From an uncultured bacterium (GTDB lineage: Bacteria > Patescibacteriota > Minisyncoccia > Phycocordibacterales > CAIRYW01): a stretch of DNA of 64,000 nt. The stretch covers positions 4,352 to 68,351 of the forward strand of contig CAVYBO010000001.1 of assembly GCA_963766885.1 (NCBI GenBank). The letters run 5' to 3'. A program made the position numbers and the translations under genes. Shown one piece after another: positions 28,894 to 37,945 of the stretch (positions are counted from its first letter, which is position 1; each line of letters opens with the position of its first letter). The notes under the pieces were generated by a model that was not told where the DNA came from, made no database searches, and saw only the letters and a program-made list of their open reading frames with translations.

Positions 28894-29310
28894 ATGAAAA
28901 TTATTTCACCAGTTAACATAGAAGAGAGAAAAAACCTTGATATCAGATCAGGCGACACTGTTCGCGTGTCTCAAAAAGTTCCAGACAAGGAAGGTAAATT
29001 CCGAACTCAGGTTTTTGAAGGGCTTATTATCGCAAAGAAGCACGGCACAGAGGCTGGAGGCACTTTTACTGTTCGCAGAACCGCTGGCGGATACGGAGTA
29101 GAAAAAATTTACCCCATCTATTCTCCAATGATTGAAAAAATTGAAGTCACAAAGCGCGGAAAGGTGCGCCGAGGAAAATTGTATTTCATTCGCAGAAAGG
29201 CTGTTAAAGAAATGAACAAGAGAATGAAAATGGAAATGGTAAGACCAGATAAAGCCGAGAAGGCGGCAGTGGCAGGAGTTTCGGAATCAGAAGAACCTTC
29301 GGCAGAATAA
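28894..29310 (+). CDS. rplS: 50S ribosomal protein L19
   Basis: RSGDTVRV...FEG..I....G....FTVRR...G.GVE...P..SP.I..IEV..RGKVRR.KLY. Confidence 0.85.
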   Translation: MKIISPVNIEERKNLDIRSGDTVRVSQKVPDKEGKFRTQVFEGLIIAKKHGTEAGGTFTVRRTAGGYGVEKIYPIYSPMIEKIEVTKRGKVRRGKLYFIRRKAVKEMNKRMKMEMVRPDKAEKAAVAGVSESEEPSAE

Positions 29311-29333
29311 TATTTTTCTAATTTGAATGAATC

Positions 29334-29361
29334 AAAAAGGCTCCTTTAAAGGAGCCTTTTT
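29334..29361. terminator. Bidirectional terminator hairpin overlapping the stop of the convergent transporter gene
   Basis: aaaaaggctcctttaaaggagccttttt. Confidence 0.65.
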
Positions 29362-30275
29362 GTTACAGATGACGTCAGGCTTGCAAACGATTTGATGAAT
29401 ACCAAACAAAGAGCCGCTGTTGCAATGTTAAAAATAAATTGAGCGTTAACAATTTGCTGAGAGATATTTGGTGTAATAACTCCTAGAAGTTTTTCAAAAG
29501 GCATTGCAAGCGGCAAGAAAATCAAAATTCCAAGCAAGTTAAAAATCATCTGCGCCACTGCAACTTTTTTTGCTTCGGGCTTGGCGTGCATACTTGCAAC
29601 AAGAGAAGCAGTCGGACCGCCGATAGAAGTGCCGAACATAAATCCAAGCGCTTGGGTGATGCCAAGAAGTCCGCCGGAAGCCATAATCATCACGAGGCCC
29701 ATAAGTACGGAACCCGATTGAAGTGTGGCTGTGGCAATTGCCCCGATGATGACTGTTGCGTACAAACCGTTTGAATTTTTAAGAATTGATACAACGAACG
29801 GATCGCTTTTGAGCGGAGCAATCAAGAAAGAAATAATCAAAAGACTCAAGAACATCACGCCAAAATAAAATACCGCTCGGCCGTATTTTCGAAGCCTCGA
29901 ATGCGTGTGAGAGAGAATGAAGCCGATAATCACAACCACCGGCGCGATGTATGTCATATTTAGGGCAATTAATTCTGAAGTTACAGTTGTGCCCAGGTTT
30001 ATGCCAATGACAATTCCCAAAGCATTCATAAAAGAAATAATTCCAGAGTTTACTAGGCCGACAGTTATGATTGTTGCTGCGGTACCAGATTGGATGATTG
30101 CCGCAAAAATTGCGCCGGTGATTGTGCCTTTGATGGGGGTGTTGGTCCAACCGTTGAGAATTTCTTTGAGGCGAGAACCCGCTATTTCTTCAATATGAGC
30201 GCTGAATTTTTGGATGGCAAAAATAAAAATCAGCACAAAAGCAAGAACAGTGATTATTGTGTTTGTTAAATCCAT
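29346..30275 (-). CDS. Polytopic membrane transporter (Na/Pi-cotransporter-like)
   Basis: 309 aa, about 8 TM, internal repeat of Gly/Thr/Ser-rich helices. Confidence 0.35.
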   Translation of the reverse strand: MDLTNTIITVLAFVLIFIFAIQKFSAHIEEIAGSRLKEILNGWTNTPIKGTITGAIFAAIIQSGTAATIITVGLVNSGIISFMNALGIVIGINLGTTVTSELIALNMTYIAPVVVIIGFILSHTHSRLRKYGRAVFYFGVMFLSLLIISFLIAPLKSDPFVVSILKNSNGLYATVIIGAIATATLQSGSVLMGLVMIMASGGLLGITQALGFMFGTSIGGPTASLVASMHAKPEAKKVAVAQMIFNLLGILIFLPLAMPFEKLLGVITPNISQQIVNAQFIFNIATAALCLVFIKSFASLTSSVTKRLL

Positions 30276-30353
30276 TTCGCTATTATATCAAATTTACTGT
30301 CTATCAGAATTTTAATTGAAAATATTTTGAAATTTAAGTATGATTCTTGCCAT

Positions 30354-30435
30354 GCGCCGGTGTTGAAATTGGTAGACATTTGCCCTTGAGGTGGGTAAGC
30401 CGTAAGGCGTGGAGGTTCGAGTCCTCTCCGGCGCA
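30354..30435 (+). tRNA. tRNA-Leu (anticodon GAG), type II
   Basis: Acceptor gcgccgg/ccggcgc, anticodon loop ttGAGgt, variable arm, T-arm ggagg-ttcgagt-cctct. Confidence 0.75.
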
Positions 30436-30438
30436 TCA

Positions 30439-30972
30439 TCAATTCTCCAAAACAAATCTGTATTTTTTGTTGGCCCAGATAACGCCTGCGTAATCCACTC
30501 CGATTCTCGGAGTCTTTTTTACCCGCCTGCCGGCGAGGCAGGTTTTCAATTTTGCATCTTTGCTTTTTTCAAACCACAAACCATTTTTTGGAATTGCAAT
30601 TTTGCCATTTAGTTTTTTATCAATCTTAAGTTTTTTGGTTAGACGAGCGGGGCCAGAGATTCCTTCAATTCCTCGAATCAAAACCGCTGACGGAAAATTT
30701 TTTTGTTCTGTCACAACATTGAGCATCCAATGCATTCCATAAACAAGATAAACATAAATTGTTCCTGCTTCTTCAAACATCGGGGAATTTCGCAAAGTTT
30801 TGCCTTTGGAAGAATGGCAGGCCAAATCGTGCGCGCCAACATAGGCTTCGGTTTCTGTGATTTTGAATTTCAAAACTTTTCCATTGATTTTTCGGCACAA
30901 AAAACAGCCGATAAGTTGCTCGGCAACCTTCAAGGTTTTTTGTTCAAAGAATTTTTGTGTCAGATGAGCCAT
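30439..30972 (-). CDS. mpg: 3-methyladenine DNA glycosylase (AAG/Mpg family)
   Basis: FF....L.VA..LIGC.L......G...I.ETEAY....D.A.H...G.T.RN..MF..G..YVY..YGMH..LNVV. Confidence 0.8.
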   Translation of the reverse strand: MAHLTQKFFEQKTLKVAEQLIGCFLCRKINGKVLKFKITETEAYVGAHDLACHSSKGKTLRNSPMFEEAGTIYVYLVYGMHWMLNVVTEQKNFPSAVLIRGIEGISGPARLTKKLKIDKKLNGKIAIPKNGLWFEKSKDAKLKTCLAGRRVKKTPRIGVDYAGVIWANKKYRFVLEN

Positions 30973-31059
30973 GAGGATATTCTAATCGGTTTTGGATTTA
31001 ATTAAAAATCTGCTATAAATTACAGCACTTCAAGTTATAATTAGCTTGAAAGAGTATAT

Positions 31060-31133
31060 GGCGACTATAGTTTAGTGGTAAAACTCCGGTTTGTGGAACC
31101 GGTATCGAGAGTCCGATTCTCTCTAGTCGCCCA
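31060..31133 (+). tRNA. tRNA-His (anticodon GTG) with encoded G-1; its 3' end is the anchor and core sequence of the downstream cassette array
   Basis: G-1 plus gcgacta acceptor, anticodon arm ccggt-ttGTGga-accgg, T-arm gagag-tccgatt-ctctc, 3' tagtcgc-c-ca. Confidence 0.85.
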
Positions 31134-31199
31134 TCAATGATTTTCTCCAATAAAGCCTTATACCGCTTAGACTTTTCAGTTCTAACCTGTTAGAGTTTT
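31134..31199 (+). repeat. Head type a' (copy 1 of 3): native-like flank directly after the tRNA-His 3' end
   Basis: tcaatgattttc...cttagacttttcagttctaacctgttagag; recurs at 41620 and 50035 right after a GTCGCCCA core. Confidence 0.6.
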
Positions 31200-31202
31200 G
31201 GT

Positions 31203-31898
31203 ATGGAAAGACCAGAAACAACTTTATTTATGCTGATGTCAGTGGACGGCAAAATTTCTACTGGTGATACAGATGAAATGGATGTAGATAAAGACTATCC
31301 TAAAATCACTGGTCTCAAGGAAGGACTCAAGCAGTATTACGATTTAGAGCAACAGACGGATTTGTTTTCTCTCAATACTGGTCGTGTGTTTGCAAAAATT
31401 GGTGTAAACGAAAAAACTGACGAGCCTGTTAAGTTACCAGTAAGTTTTGTAGTGATAGATAATCAACCTCATCTTACCGAGCAAGGAGTTTCATATTTAG
31501 CGAAGAAAGCAAAAAGCCTTATTATCGTAACAACAAATAAAGCTCATCCAGCATTTTCAGTAAAGGGGGGTTATAGAAATATTGAAATAATTTTTTACGA
31601 AAAAGAAATCAATTTTAGTGATTTGTTCCAAAAATTGAGAAAAGAATATAAAGTTGAAAAACTTACTATTCAATCTGGAGGAACTTTAAATACAACTCTT
31701 GTTAGGGAGGGGTTGGTAGATAGAGTTTTGTTGATAGTTGCTCCTGCATTTGTCGGAGGAAGAAATACATCTACTTTATTGGATGGCGAATCGCTCCATA
31801 CAAAGCGAGAATTGTTTAAAATAAAATCAATGGAACTTATACAAGCGAAACCACTTGAAAATAACTATTTGCTTTTGGAGTATAAGCTTAATAAATAG
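31203..31898 (+). CDS. Dihydrofolate-reductase-like (RibD C-terminal domain family) protein; unit 1 cargo
   Basis: FMLMSVDGKIS...IIVTTNKA...QSGGTLNTTLVREGLVDRVLLIVAP. Confidence 0.6.
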   Translation: MERPETTLFMLMSVDGKISTGDTDEMDVDKDYPKITGLKEGLKQYYDLEQQTDLFSLNTGRVFAKIGVNEKTDEPVKLPVSFVVIDNQPHLTEQGVSYLAKKAKSLIIVTTNKAHPAFSVKGGYRNIEIIFYEKEINFSDLFQKLRKEYKVEKLTIQSGGTLNTTLVREGLVDRVLLIVAPAFVGGRNTSTLLDGESLHTKRELFKIKSMELIQAKPLENNYLLLEYKLNK

Positions 31899-31924
31899 TG
31901 GATTGAGGTGTAGGGTAAAATACA

Positions 31925-31991
31925 GGAATATAAATACTTGCATCATTTAACCTCTCAAAAACAGTTCTAACATCCTCTACTACGTCGCCCA
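31925..31991 (+). repeat. Tail repeat L (unit 1)
   Basis: ggaatataaata...cagttctaacatcctctactacgtcgccca. Confidence 0.7.
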
Positions 31992-32042
31992 GAAAATAAA
32001 ATGTTGTGTTATTATTTTATATTATAATTATCAAATAAAATT

Positions 32043-32339
32043 ATGACTGAAAACAAAACAGAAATTGCTGAAGACAAAATTGAATGGCAAGGACAAGTAG
32101 AAAATGTTAATGCTTCAGAATTAAAAGCTGGGGTCATATACATTGATAGGAATAAAGCTAATTTTTCAGGTCCAGAAACAGAACGAAAACTAAAAATTGT
32201 GGAAATGAATTTACTGAGTGAAGAGAATGGTTATAAGTATTATGAGTTAGTTGCTGAGACCGAAGATGGTAAAACTGTTCATCCAAAAATTGGCTTCAAC
32301 GCAGAGACTTCTTTTGATGTAATTAGAAAAACTGATTAA
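32043..32339 (+). CDS. Hypothetical protein; unit 2 cargo
   Basis: 98-aa ORF. Confidence 0.4.
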   Translation: MTENKTEIAEDKIEWQGQVENVNASELKAGVIYIDRNKANFSGPETERKLKIVEMNLLSEENGYKYYELVAETEDGKTVHPKIGFNAETSFDVIRKTD

Positions 32340-32376
32340 CTGGGAAGTAGTGAATTATAGAGTAGGGTAAAAGCTC

Positions 32377-32504
32377 GGAATATAAATACTCGTATCACCC
32401 AATCTCTCAAAAACAGTTCTAACATCCTCTACTACGTCGCCCAGAATTTTTAGCCTTATATTTTAATAATATTTTCGGATGGGTCTAAAGAGAATCGGAC
32501 TTTT
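32377..32504 (+). repeat. Tail L (unit 2) plus spacer plus head R (unit 3)
   Basis: ...ctactacgtcgccca-gaatttttagccttatattttaataatattttcggat-gggtctaaagagaatcggactttt. Confidence 0.7.
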
Positions 32505-32520
32505 GATATACTTTTGTTAT

Positions 32521-33303
32521 ATGAATGAAAATATAAAAAAAGAAAAAACAACTGAAAAAACTGGTGAAGAGATTTTTTTTGAAATCCATAAAGATATTCC
32601 AAGACAAGGTCCTGGAAACGAAGAGTCAACAAAAAAGGCATTTTCTTTGCTTTCAGGTTTACCTTCAGAACCTGCTATTTTAGATGTGGGGTCTGGACCA
32701 GGATTGCAGACAATAGAATTAGCAAGGTTGAGCGGTGGAAATATAACGGCTTTGGATTACCATCAGGAATTTTTGGATGAGTTAAATTTGAACGCATCCA
32801 AAGCTGGTTTAGGAGAACATATTAAGGAAACCAAAGGTTCAATGTTTGAAATGCCATTTGGTGAAAATAATTTTGATGTTATCTGGTCAGAAGGAGCAAT
32901 CTACATTATTGGTTTTGAGAAAGGATTAAAAGAATGGAAGCCTTTTATTAAAGATGGCGGTTATATGGTCGCATCTCATATTTCTTGGCTTAAAAAAGAT
33001 GTGTCTGAAAAACCGAGAGCTTTTTGGGAAAAAAACTATCCAGCAATAGACACAGTTGAGAACAATCTACAAATTGCACAAAGTGTAGGTTATAACAACA
33101 TCGGACACTTCACCTTGCCAGAAGCGGGATGGTGGGACGGCTACTACGGACCTATGGAAGAAAATCTGAAAAGATTAAGAGTAGAACATCAGGGTAATGA
33201 ATCGGCTTTGGCAAAGATTGCGAGCACCCAAGAAGAAATTGACCTGTATAGAAATTTTGCTGATTGCTACGGATATGTTTTTTATGTTTTGCAAAAGAAC
33301 TAG
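32521..33303 (+). CDS. Class I SAM-dependent methyltransferase; unit 3 cargo. Start placed at MNEN; the ORF-track start at 32479 lies inside the repeat
   Basis: Motif I ILDVGSGPG; post-I acidic residue; methyltransferase type 11/12 pattern. Confidence 0.7.
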   Translation: MNENIKKEKTTEKTGEEIFFEIHKDIPRQGPGNEESTKKAFSLLSGLPSEPAILDVGSGPGLQTIELARLSGGNITALDYHQEFLDELNLNASKAGLGEHIKETKGSMFEMPFGENNFDVIWSEGAIYIIGFEKGLKEWKPFIKDGGYMVASHISWLKKDVSEKPRAFWEKNYPAIDTVENNLQIAQSVGYNNIGHFTLPEAGWWDGYYGPMEENLKRLRVEHQGNESALAKIASTQEEIDLYRNFADCYGYVFYVLQKN

Positions 33304-33333
33304 ACCAAAGACTCAAGGTTGGGGTAAAAGCTC

Positions 33334-33462
33334 GGAATATAGATTGTTGCATCACCCAATCTCTCAAAAACAGTTCTAACATCCTCTACTACGTCGCCCA
33401 GCATTTTTTGAGCCCTATTTTTAAGTGTATTTTCTTATGGGTCTAAAGAGAATCGGACTTTT
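33334..33462 (+). repeat. Tail L (unit 3) plus spacer plus head R (unit 4)
   Basis: Spacer identical to the copy at 34461-34522. Confidence 0.7.
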
Positions 33463-33477
33463 GGTATACTTTAGGCT

Positions 33478-33726
33478 ATGAAAAAATATTTAACTCTAAA
33501 CAATGTTTTTCAAGTCTGTTTGGTTTTCTTTACTGTATTAGGATTTTTGCTTACAGGACTAAAAAACCCTAAATGGGGTTTGATTTTTAATCTTATAGCA
33601 GAAGTCTTTTGGGTATACTCTTCTTATAGAGCTTGGAAAGAAGCCAAACAGATAGGAATATTTATTACTACTATAATCATTACAGCCGTATTGCTTTATG
33701 GAGTATTTAATTACTGGTTTCTTTAA
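33478..33726 (+). CDS. Small two-TM protein; unit 4
   Basis: 82-aa ORF. Confidence 0.3.
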   Translation: MKKYLTLNNVFQVCLVFFTVLGFLLTGLKNPKWGLIFNLIAEVFWVYSSYRAWKEAKQIGIFITTIIITAVLLYGVFNYWFL

Positions 33727-33741
33727 AAACCAATTTATTTC

Positions 33742-34332
33742 CTACAAAGAAAACAATAGCTTGGTAGCCTCATATTGTGGTCTTACTTCTTCTCTAATAT
33801 CATCAAAGAATATTTTTCTGTTGAAATCTTTTTCTATTTTAGATAAGACCCATTTTTTGAAAGCATAATAATTTCCATCATCATTTTTACCCCAGTGTTG
33901 CCAGCAAAAGAAAGTATAGAAATCTGATTGAAAATGAGCAATTGAATCTGCTGTTGCAAGAACCTTGCCTTCAAGTGTTGTTGGTAAAATTTCCTTACAG
34001 CTGTGCGGAAGAATAATTTCATAAATTATGAAATCAGTTTCCTTCTGACTAAATTTTGTCTTTTCAAGAAGTTCACGGGCAATTCCAATACTTCTTTTCT
34101 CGTGATTTTCTTCAGAGCGTAGCATAACTGCGTCGGCTATATCGTGAAGCAGAGCACCAGCAACAACTTGTTCCACATCAGCATTCTTTTCTTTAGCAAT
34201 TCTTTCAGCGTTTTTTACCACGACTAAAAGATGATTCGGATAGCCCCAGAAATTCCAATAATCAGCACTTTCAAGATTAGACTTGTAGAGCTTTTCTACT
34301 TCTTGTTTTAGATTGTTTAATCTTGCTGTCAT
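33742..34332 (-). CDS. HD-domain phosphohydrolase; unit 4, antisense to the array
   Basis: H...HD motif LLHDIADAV; 196 aa. Confidence 0.65.
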   Translation of the reverse strand: MTARLNNLKQEVEKLYKSNLESADYWNFWGYPNHLLVVVKNAERIAKEKNADVEQVVAGALLHDIADAVMLRSEENHEKRSIGIARELLEKTKFSQKETDFIIYEIILPHSCKEILPTTLEGKVLATADSIAHFQSDFYTFFCWQHWGKNDDGNYYAFKKWVLSKIEKDFNRKIFFDDIREEVRPQYEATKLLFSL

Positions 34333-34393
34333 CTATTCATTTTATCGTAAATGTTGCTATCAAGCATTATATTCAGAGATGTGATGAAATGTT

Positions 34394-34522
34394 GGAATAT
34401 AGATTGTCGCATCATTTAACCCTTCAAAAACAGTTCTAACATCCTCTACTACGTCGCCCAGCATTTTTTGAGCCCTATTTTTAAGTGTATTTTCTTATGG
34501 GTCTAAAGAGAATCGGACTTTT
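34394..34522 (+). repeat. Tail L (unit 4) plus spacer plus head R (unit 5)
   Basis: ggaatatagattgtcgcatcatttaacccttcaaaaacagttctaacatcctctactacgtcgccca ... gggtctaaagagaatcggactttt. Confidence 0.7.
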
Positions 34523-34610
34523 AAAATAATCCTTTTGTTTATATCTATGTGTAATTGGATTAAACATAACTCAAACCTAGTTGTGATTTTATTGTTATAA
34601 TTCTAACTAT

Positions 34611-36443
34611 ATGAAAAATTATAATCCTGAATTATTAGAAGGAAATAATGGAGAAAGGACCGAAGAAAAACCTGAAGAAATCACTAATAATGAAACCCTA
34701 GAACCACAAGATAATCACTCGGAATTAGTAGATTTCAGTAAAAGATATTCTCGTGCTGGACGCAAAGAAATTGCTGATGAGATTCGGGAATTACGCTTTC
34801 AATATTTCAAAAAAGAAAAGGGAAATCCAGAACGCCAGGAGACTATTGCTGGCCAAGAAAAAAGCATCGAGGCACTTCAAAAAGAAAAGGATTTGATAGA
34901 AGAAGAAATCAGAGCCTTAGAAGATGAGGTAGAGCAGCAAAAGGCTAGCCTGTGGCATAAGATTTCATCTATGTTCCGCAAGAACGAGATAGAGCAAGAA
35001 TTACAGCTTGACCCCAAGAAAAAGAAACTTGAAGATTTAAAAAAAGATATTGAAGGCAGACTTAAAATAATTGGAGAGACGGAGAGCGTAATTTTAGATA
35101 TATCTTCTCTTGATGAAGCTAAGACTAAATTGGCGGAATTTTACAAAGAACAATCGGATTTAAAATCTTCTTTTGAAAGCGAAGAAAAAGAGCGTGATAT
35201 TGAAACCCTGTCAAAAGATAAAGGATATATTTTTCTACACGGCATTCCTACAAAAAATAGGAATATGAACAACACTGCTGAAAACAATCCAGCAATGAAA
35301 ACTAGCGGAATGAGCACTGAAGATAAACTCTCTTTGCTGATGGGATTAGAGCCAACTGTTTCAGCTTCAGTATTAAAAGAGGGTCAACAAGACGCACAAA
35401 CGTATTATACTTTCGGTGTCATTCTTGGTGGAGGTAAAGTATTAAGTGCATATAAAGAAGATTCAGGCACATTGGCTGAGAGTTTGTACAGTCGAAGGTC
35501 AAAATATGATAGAGAAACTAAACAAACAAGCATTCAACCAAATATTACTGCTCATTTAGATGAAGCTGTAAACGCACCTGTAGAATCAAGAAATTGGGGA
35601 AAATACAATGAAATTGTTGTAGAGCAACCAAAAGTGGCTGGATTATATATTAATTTATCCCAACTTAATAATAATTATGACCGAATTGGGATTGGCGAAC
35701 TGAAAAGATATTCTGAGATAATGAATTTGCCAATATACGCCTTAAAAGACGGAGAAATATATCCATTTGATATTGATAGCAAAATTGGTGTGATGGATGA
35801 CGGCAGAAAATATCAAAAAGAAAATGCATTTGAGGCAGAGGGAAATAAACTTTCGCTTGATAATGTAATTGATAGCCGAAGAGAAATTGGTCAGGAAGAA
35901 AAGCTGAAGTTGGCAACTTCAGTTATAGAGAAAAATCCTTTTCAGATTAGCACCGATGGAGAATATGAACTTTATAACGCTTACTCAAGAGGAACTTACG
36001 GTATATATAATTACAGAAAAGGATACGATAATCTTTTAATGGAACAAGAGCTTCATAAGAAAAGAATAGCAGCTGGTATTGAAGAAAGTGACCCAGGAAC
36101 ACCAGAGGATGTTCTCAAAAAAATGGAAGAGCGGTTGGAAGAATTAAAACAAAGAATTGCAGATGCTACCTCCAATGAAGGTAAAAATTTTACCAATAGA
36201 GACCTTAAAAAAGAACTGATTTCTTTATATGGTTTTGCACTTAACGCACAAGAAAACGGAGATGCAAAAACTTTTGATGCAGCCAAAAATATGATTGAAA
36301 AATACGGCTCGTTTGATGAATGTGCGAATTTAATTAAAAAACGAGTAGACGAAAAAGGAGATTTCAAAACATTAGATACAGATGTGCCGATTGAGATAAG
36401 AAAAAAGATGTCAGAATTAGAAGGGGTTAGTTCTGTTACTTAA
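34611..36443 (+). CDS. Large hypothetical protein with N-terminal coiled coil; unit 5 cargo
   Basis: 610-aa ORF, no recognisable catalytic motif. Confidence 0.5.
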   Translation: MKNYNPELLEGNNGERTEEKPEEITNNETLEPQDNHSELVDFSKRYSRAGRKEIADEIRELRFQYFKKEKGNPERQETIAGQEKSIEALQKEKDLIEEEIRALEDEVEQQKASLWHKISSMFRKNEIEQELQLDPKKKKLEDLKKDIEGRLKIIGETESVILDISSLDEAKTKLAEFYKEQSDLKSSFESEEKERDIETLSKDKGYIFLHGIPTKNRNMNNTAENNPAMKTSGMSTEDKLSLLMGLEPTVSASVLKEGQQDAQTYYTFGVILGGGKVLSAYKEDSGTLAESLYSRRSKYDRETKQTSIQPNITAHLDEAVNAPVESRNWGKYNEIVVEQPKVAGLYINLSQLNNNYDRIGIGELKRYSEIMNLPIYALKDGEIYPFDIDSKIGVMDDGRKYQKENAFEAEGNKLSLDNVIDSRREIGQEEKLKLATSVIEKNPFQISTDGEYELYNAYSRGTYGIYNYRKGYDNLLMEQELHKKRIAAGIEESDPGTPEDVLKKMEERLEELKQRIADATSNEGKNFTNRDLKKELISLYGFALNAQENGDAKTFDAAKNMIEKYGSFDECANLIKKRVDEKGDFKTLDTDVPIEIRKKMSELEGVSSVT

Positions 36444-36477
36444 TTTTATGAGATTTGTCCTTTAGGAAAGAATGTCG

Positions 36478-36606
36478 GAATATAGATTGTCGCATCATTT
36501 AATCTCTCAAAAATAGTTCTAACATCCTCTACTACGTCGCCCACGGTTTTTAAGCCTTATAAAATAGGTGTGATTTGGGTGGGGGTCTAAAGAGAATCGG
36601 ACTTTG
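36478..36606 (+). repeat. Tail L (unit 5) plus variant spacer plus head R (unit 6)
   Basis: ...cgtcgccca-cggtttttaagccttataaaataggtgtgatttgggtgg-gggtctaaagagaatcggacttt. Confidence 0.7.
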
Positions 36607-36619
36607 TTATACTAAATGA

Positions 36620-37174
36620 ATGTATGAAGTAGAATCCAAAGTTGAGATTACAGATAAAGAAAAGGAAAATCTTATTACCTTATTTAAGGAGAAAAATTTT
36701 CCATTTAAAGGTACTACTCCACAGAACGATTTTTATACTGAAGCCAGAGAATCACCACACGGTAGTTATGACGTGAAAAGATACAGGGAAGAAGGCGACA
36801 AATTTATATACACAGAAAAAATATGGGAAGTGGTAGATAATAATCCAGTAAGAAAAGAAACTGAACACGAAGTTTCTAAGAATGAATTTGCATCAGCGAT
36901 TGCTCAATTTCCTAATGCCGTAAAGATAAAGAAGCAAAGAGACTGGTTTGCCGCTAATTACCAAAATACTGACATAAGTCTAACTATAGACACTGTAAAA
37001 TTTGACCACTCTCCAAACACGAGATATTTTATTGAAGCAGAAATAGATGTTCAAGACAAGAAAGATGTCAAGAAATTCAAAGACATCATTATCCAATTCC
37101 TCAAAGAATTATTGAACAAATCGGAAATCATTGAAGCTCCAGGGATGTTTACGATGGCGTTTAAAAAACAATAA
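36620..37174 (+). CDS. CYTH-domain (triphosphate tunnel metalloenzyme; CyaB/ThTPase-like) protein; unit 6
   Basis: N-terminal ExExK signature MYEVESK; size and acidic residues consistent with CYTH. Confidence 0.55.
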   Translation: MYEVESKVEITDKEKENLITLFKEKNFPFKGTTPQNDFYTEARESPHGSYDVKRYREEGDKFIYTEKIWEVVDNNPVRKETEHEVSKNEFASAIAQFPNAVKIKKQRDWFAANYQNTDISLTIDTVKFDHSPNTRYFIEAEIDVQDKKDVKKFKDIIIQFLKELLNKSEIIEAPGMFTMAFKKQ

Positions 37175-37177
37175 ATT

Positions 37178-37633
37178 ATGCGAACCATAGAAAGAAAAAT
37201 TGCTACAGCTGTAATATTTTCAGCAGACGGAAAAATATTTCAAGGCCAGAAAGACCCATCAAAAGGAGGTGTATATAGAGATGGTTATTGGCACATTCCT
37301 GGAGGTGGAATAGAAGAAGGAGAAACGGTAGAACAAGCTTTAATAAGAGAAATAAAAGAAGAAACTGGTATTGATGTATCAAATATTAAAGCTATCTTGA
37401 TTGACGATAAAGGTGAAGGGGAATCAGAAAGAACTTTGGCAAACGGAGAAAAAGTAATTGCCAAAATGAAATTCTACGTATACAAAATTGTCTTGCCAAC
37501 AAACACGGAAGATACAGAAATTCACCTTAACGATGATTTGGTTAAATATAGATGGACTGACCCAAAAGAACTTAAAAACATAAAGCTAACTCCTCCTTCT
37601 GTAGAGTTGTTTACAAAGATGGGGTACCTTTAA
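37178..37633 (+). CDS. NUDIX hydrolase; unit 6, 4 nt after the CYTH gene
   Basis: Nudix box GGGIEEGETVEQALIREIKEETGI. Confidence 0.7.
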   Translation: MRTIERKIATAVIFSADGKIFQGQKDPSKGGVYRDGYWHIPGGGIEEGETVEQALIREIKEETGIDVSNIKAILIDDKGEGESERTLANGEKVIAKMKFYVYKIVLPTNTEDTEIHLNDDLVKYRWTDPKELKNIKLTPPSVELFTKMGYL

Positions 37634-37650
37634 TGGTTGTGCAAAATGTC

Positions 37651-37762
37651 GGAATATAAATTGTCGCATCATTCAAACTCTCAAAAATAGTCCTAACATC
37701 CTCTACTACGTCGCCCACTGTTATATTAAGCTAACGTTAGTGGGCAGTAATATTTCTTTTTC
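37651..37762 (+). repeat. Tail L (unit 6) followed by head type H (hairpin gcccact-N19-agtgggc)
   Basis: Same L+H junction recurs at 47884-48080. Confidence 0.65.
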
Positions 37763-37945
37763 TGACTTTGGTATCTGCTGTTAGCCTGATTCATAACCAG
37801 CAGATATTGACTAAATAAAATATTTCAGTAAGCTATACATACAAATGAAAACAACATTTTCAATTGCAAATAACCATCATACAGCTCTTACTTCAAGAGC
37901 TGGTGTTTGCCGTTGTTAATTTCTCTCTAAGAATTTCACAAAAGT

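Noticed and set aside
30439-31059. Search for an integrase (tyrosine or serine recombinase) adjacent to the tRNA-His array or at its far end
   Set aside because: None of the ORFs flanking the array show recombinase motifs. Upstream lie mpg and tRNA-Leu; downstream lie small coiled-coil ORFs and a glutaredoxin. The recombinase, if any, must be elsewhere in the genome.
32479-32520. ORF-track start codons that lie inside repeat elements (32479 MGLKRIGLL...; also the ORFs 38771..39037, 49632..49994, 33152..33382, 33197..33379, 32456..32641 and 43583..43798 that read through repeats)
   Set aside because: The same nucleotides recur as non-coding repeat copies upstream of unrelated genes and out of frame elsewhere. 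The downstream ATG preceded by the TATACT box gives homologous protein starts. These are repeat-induced artefacts.
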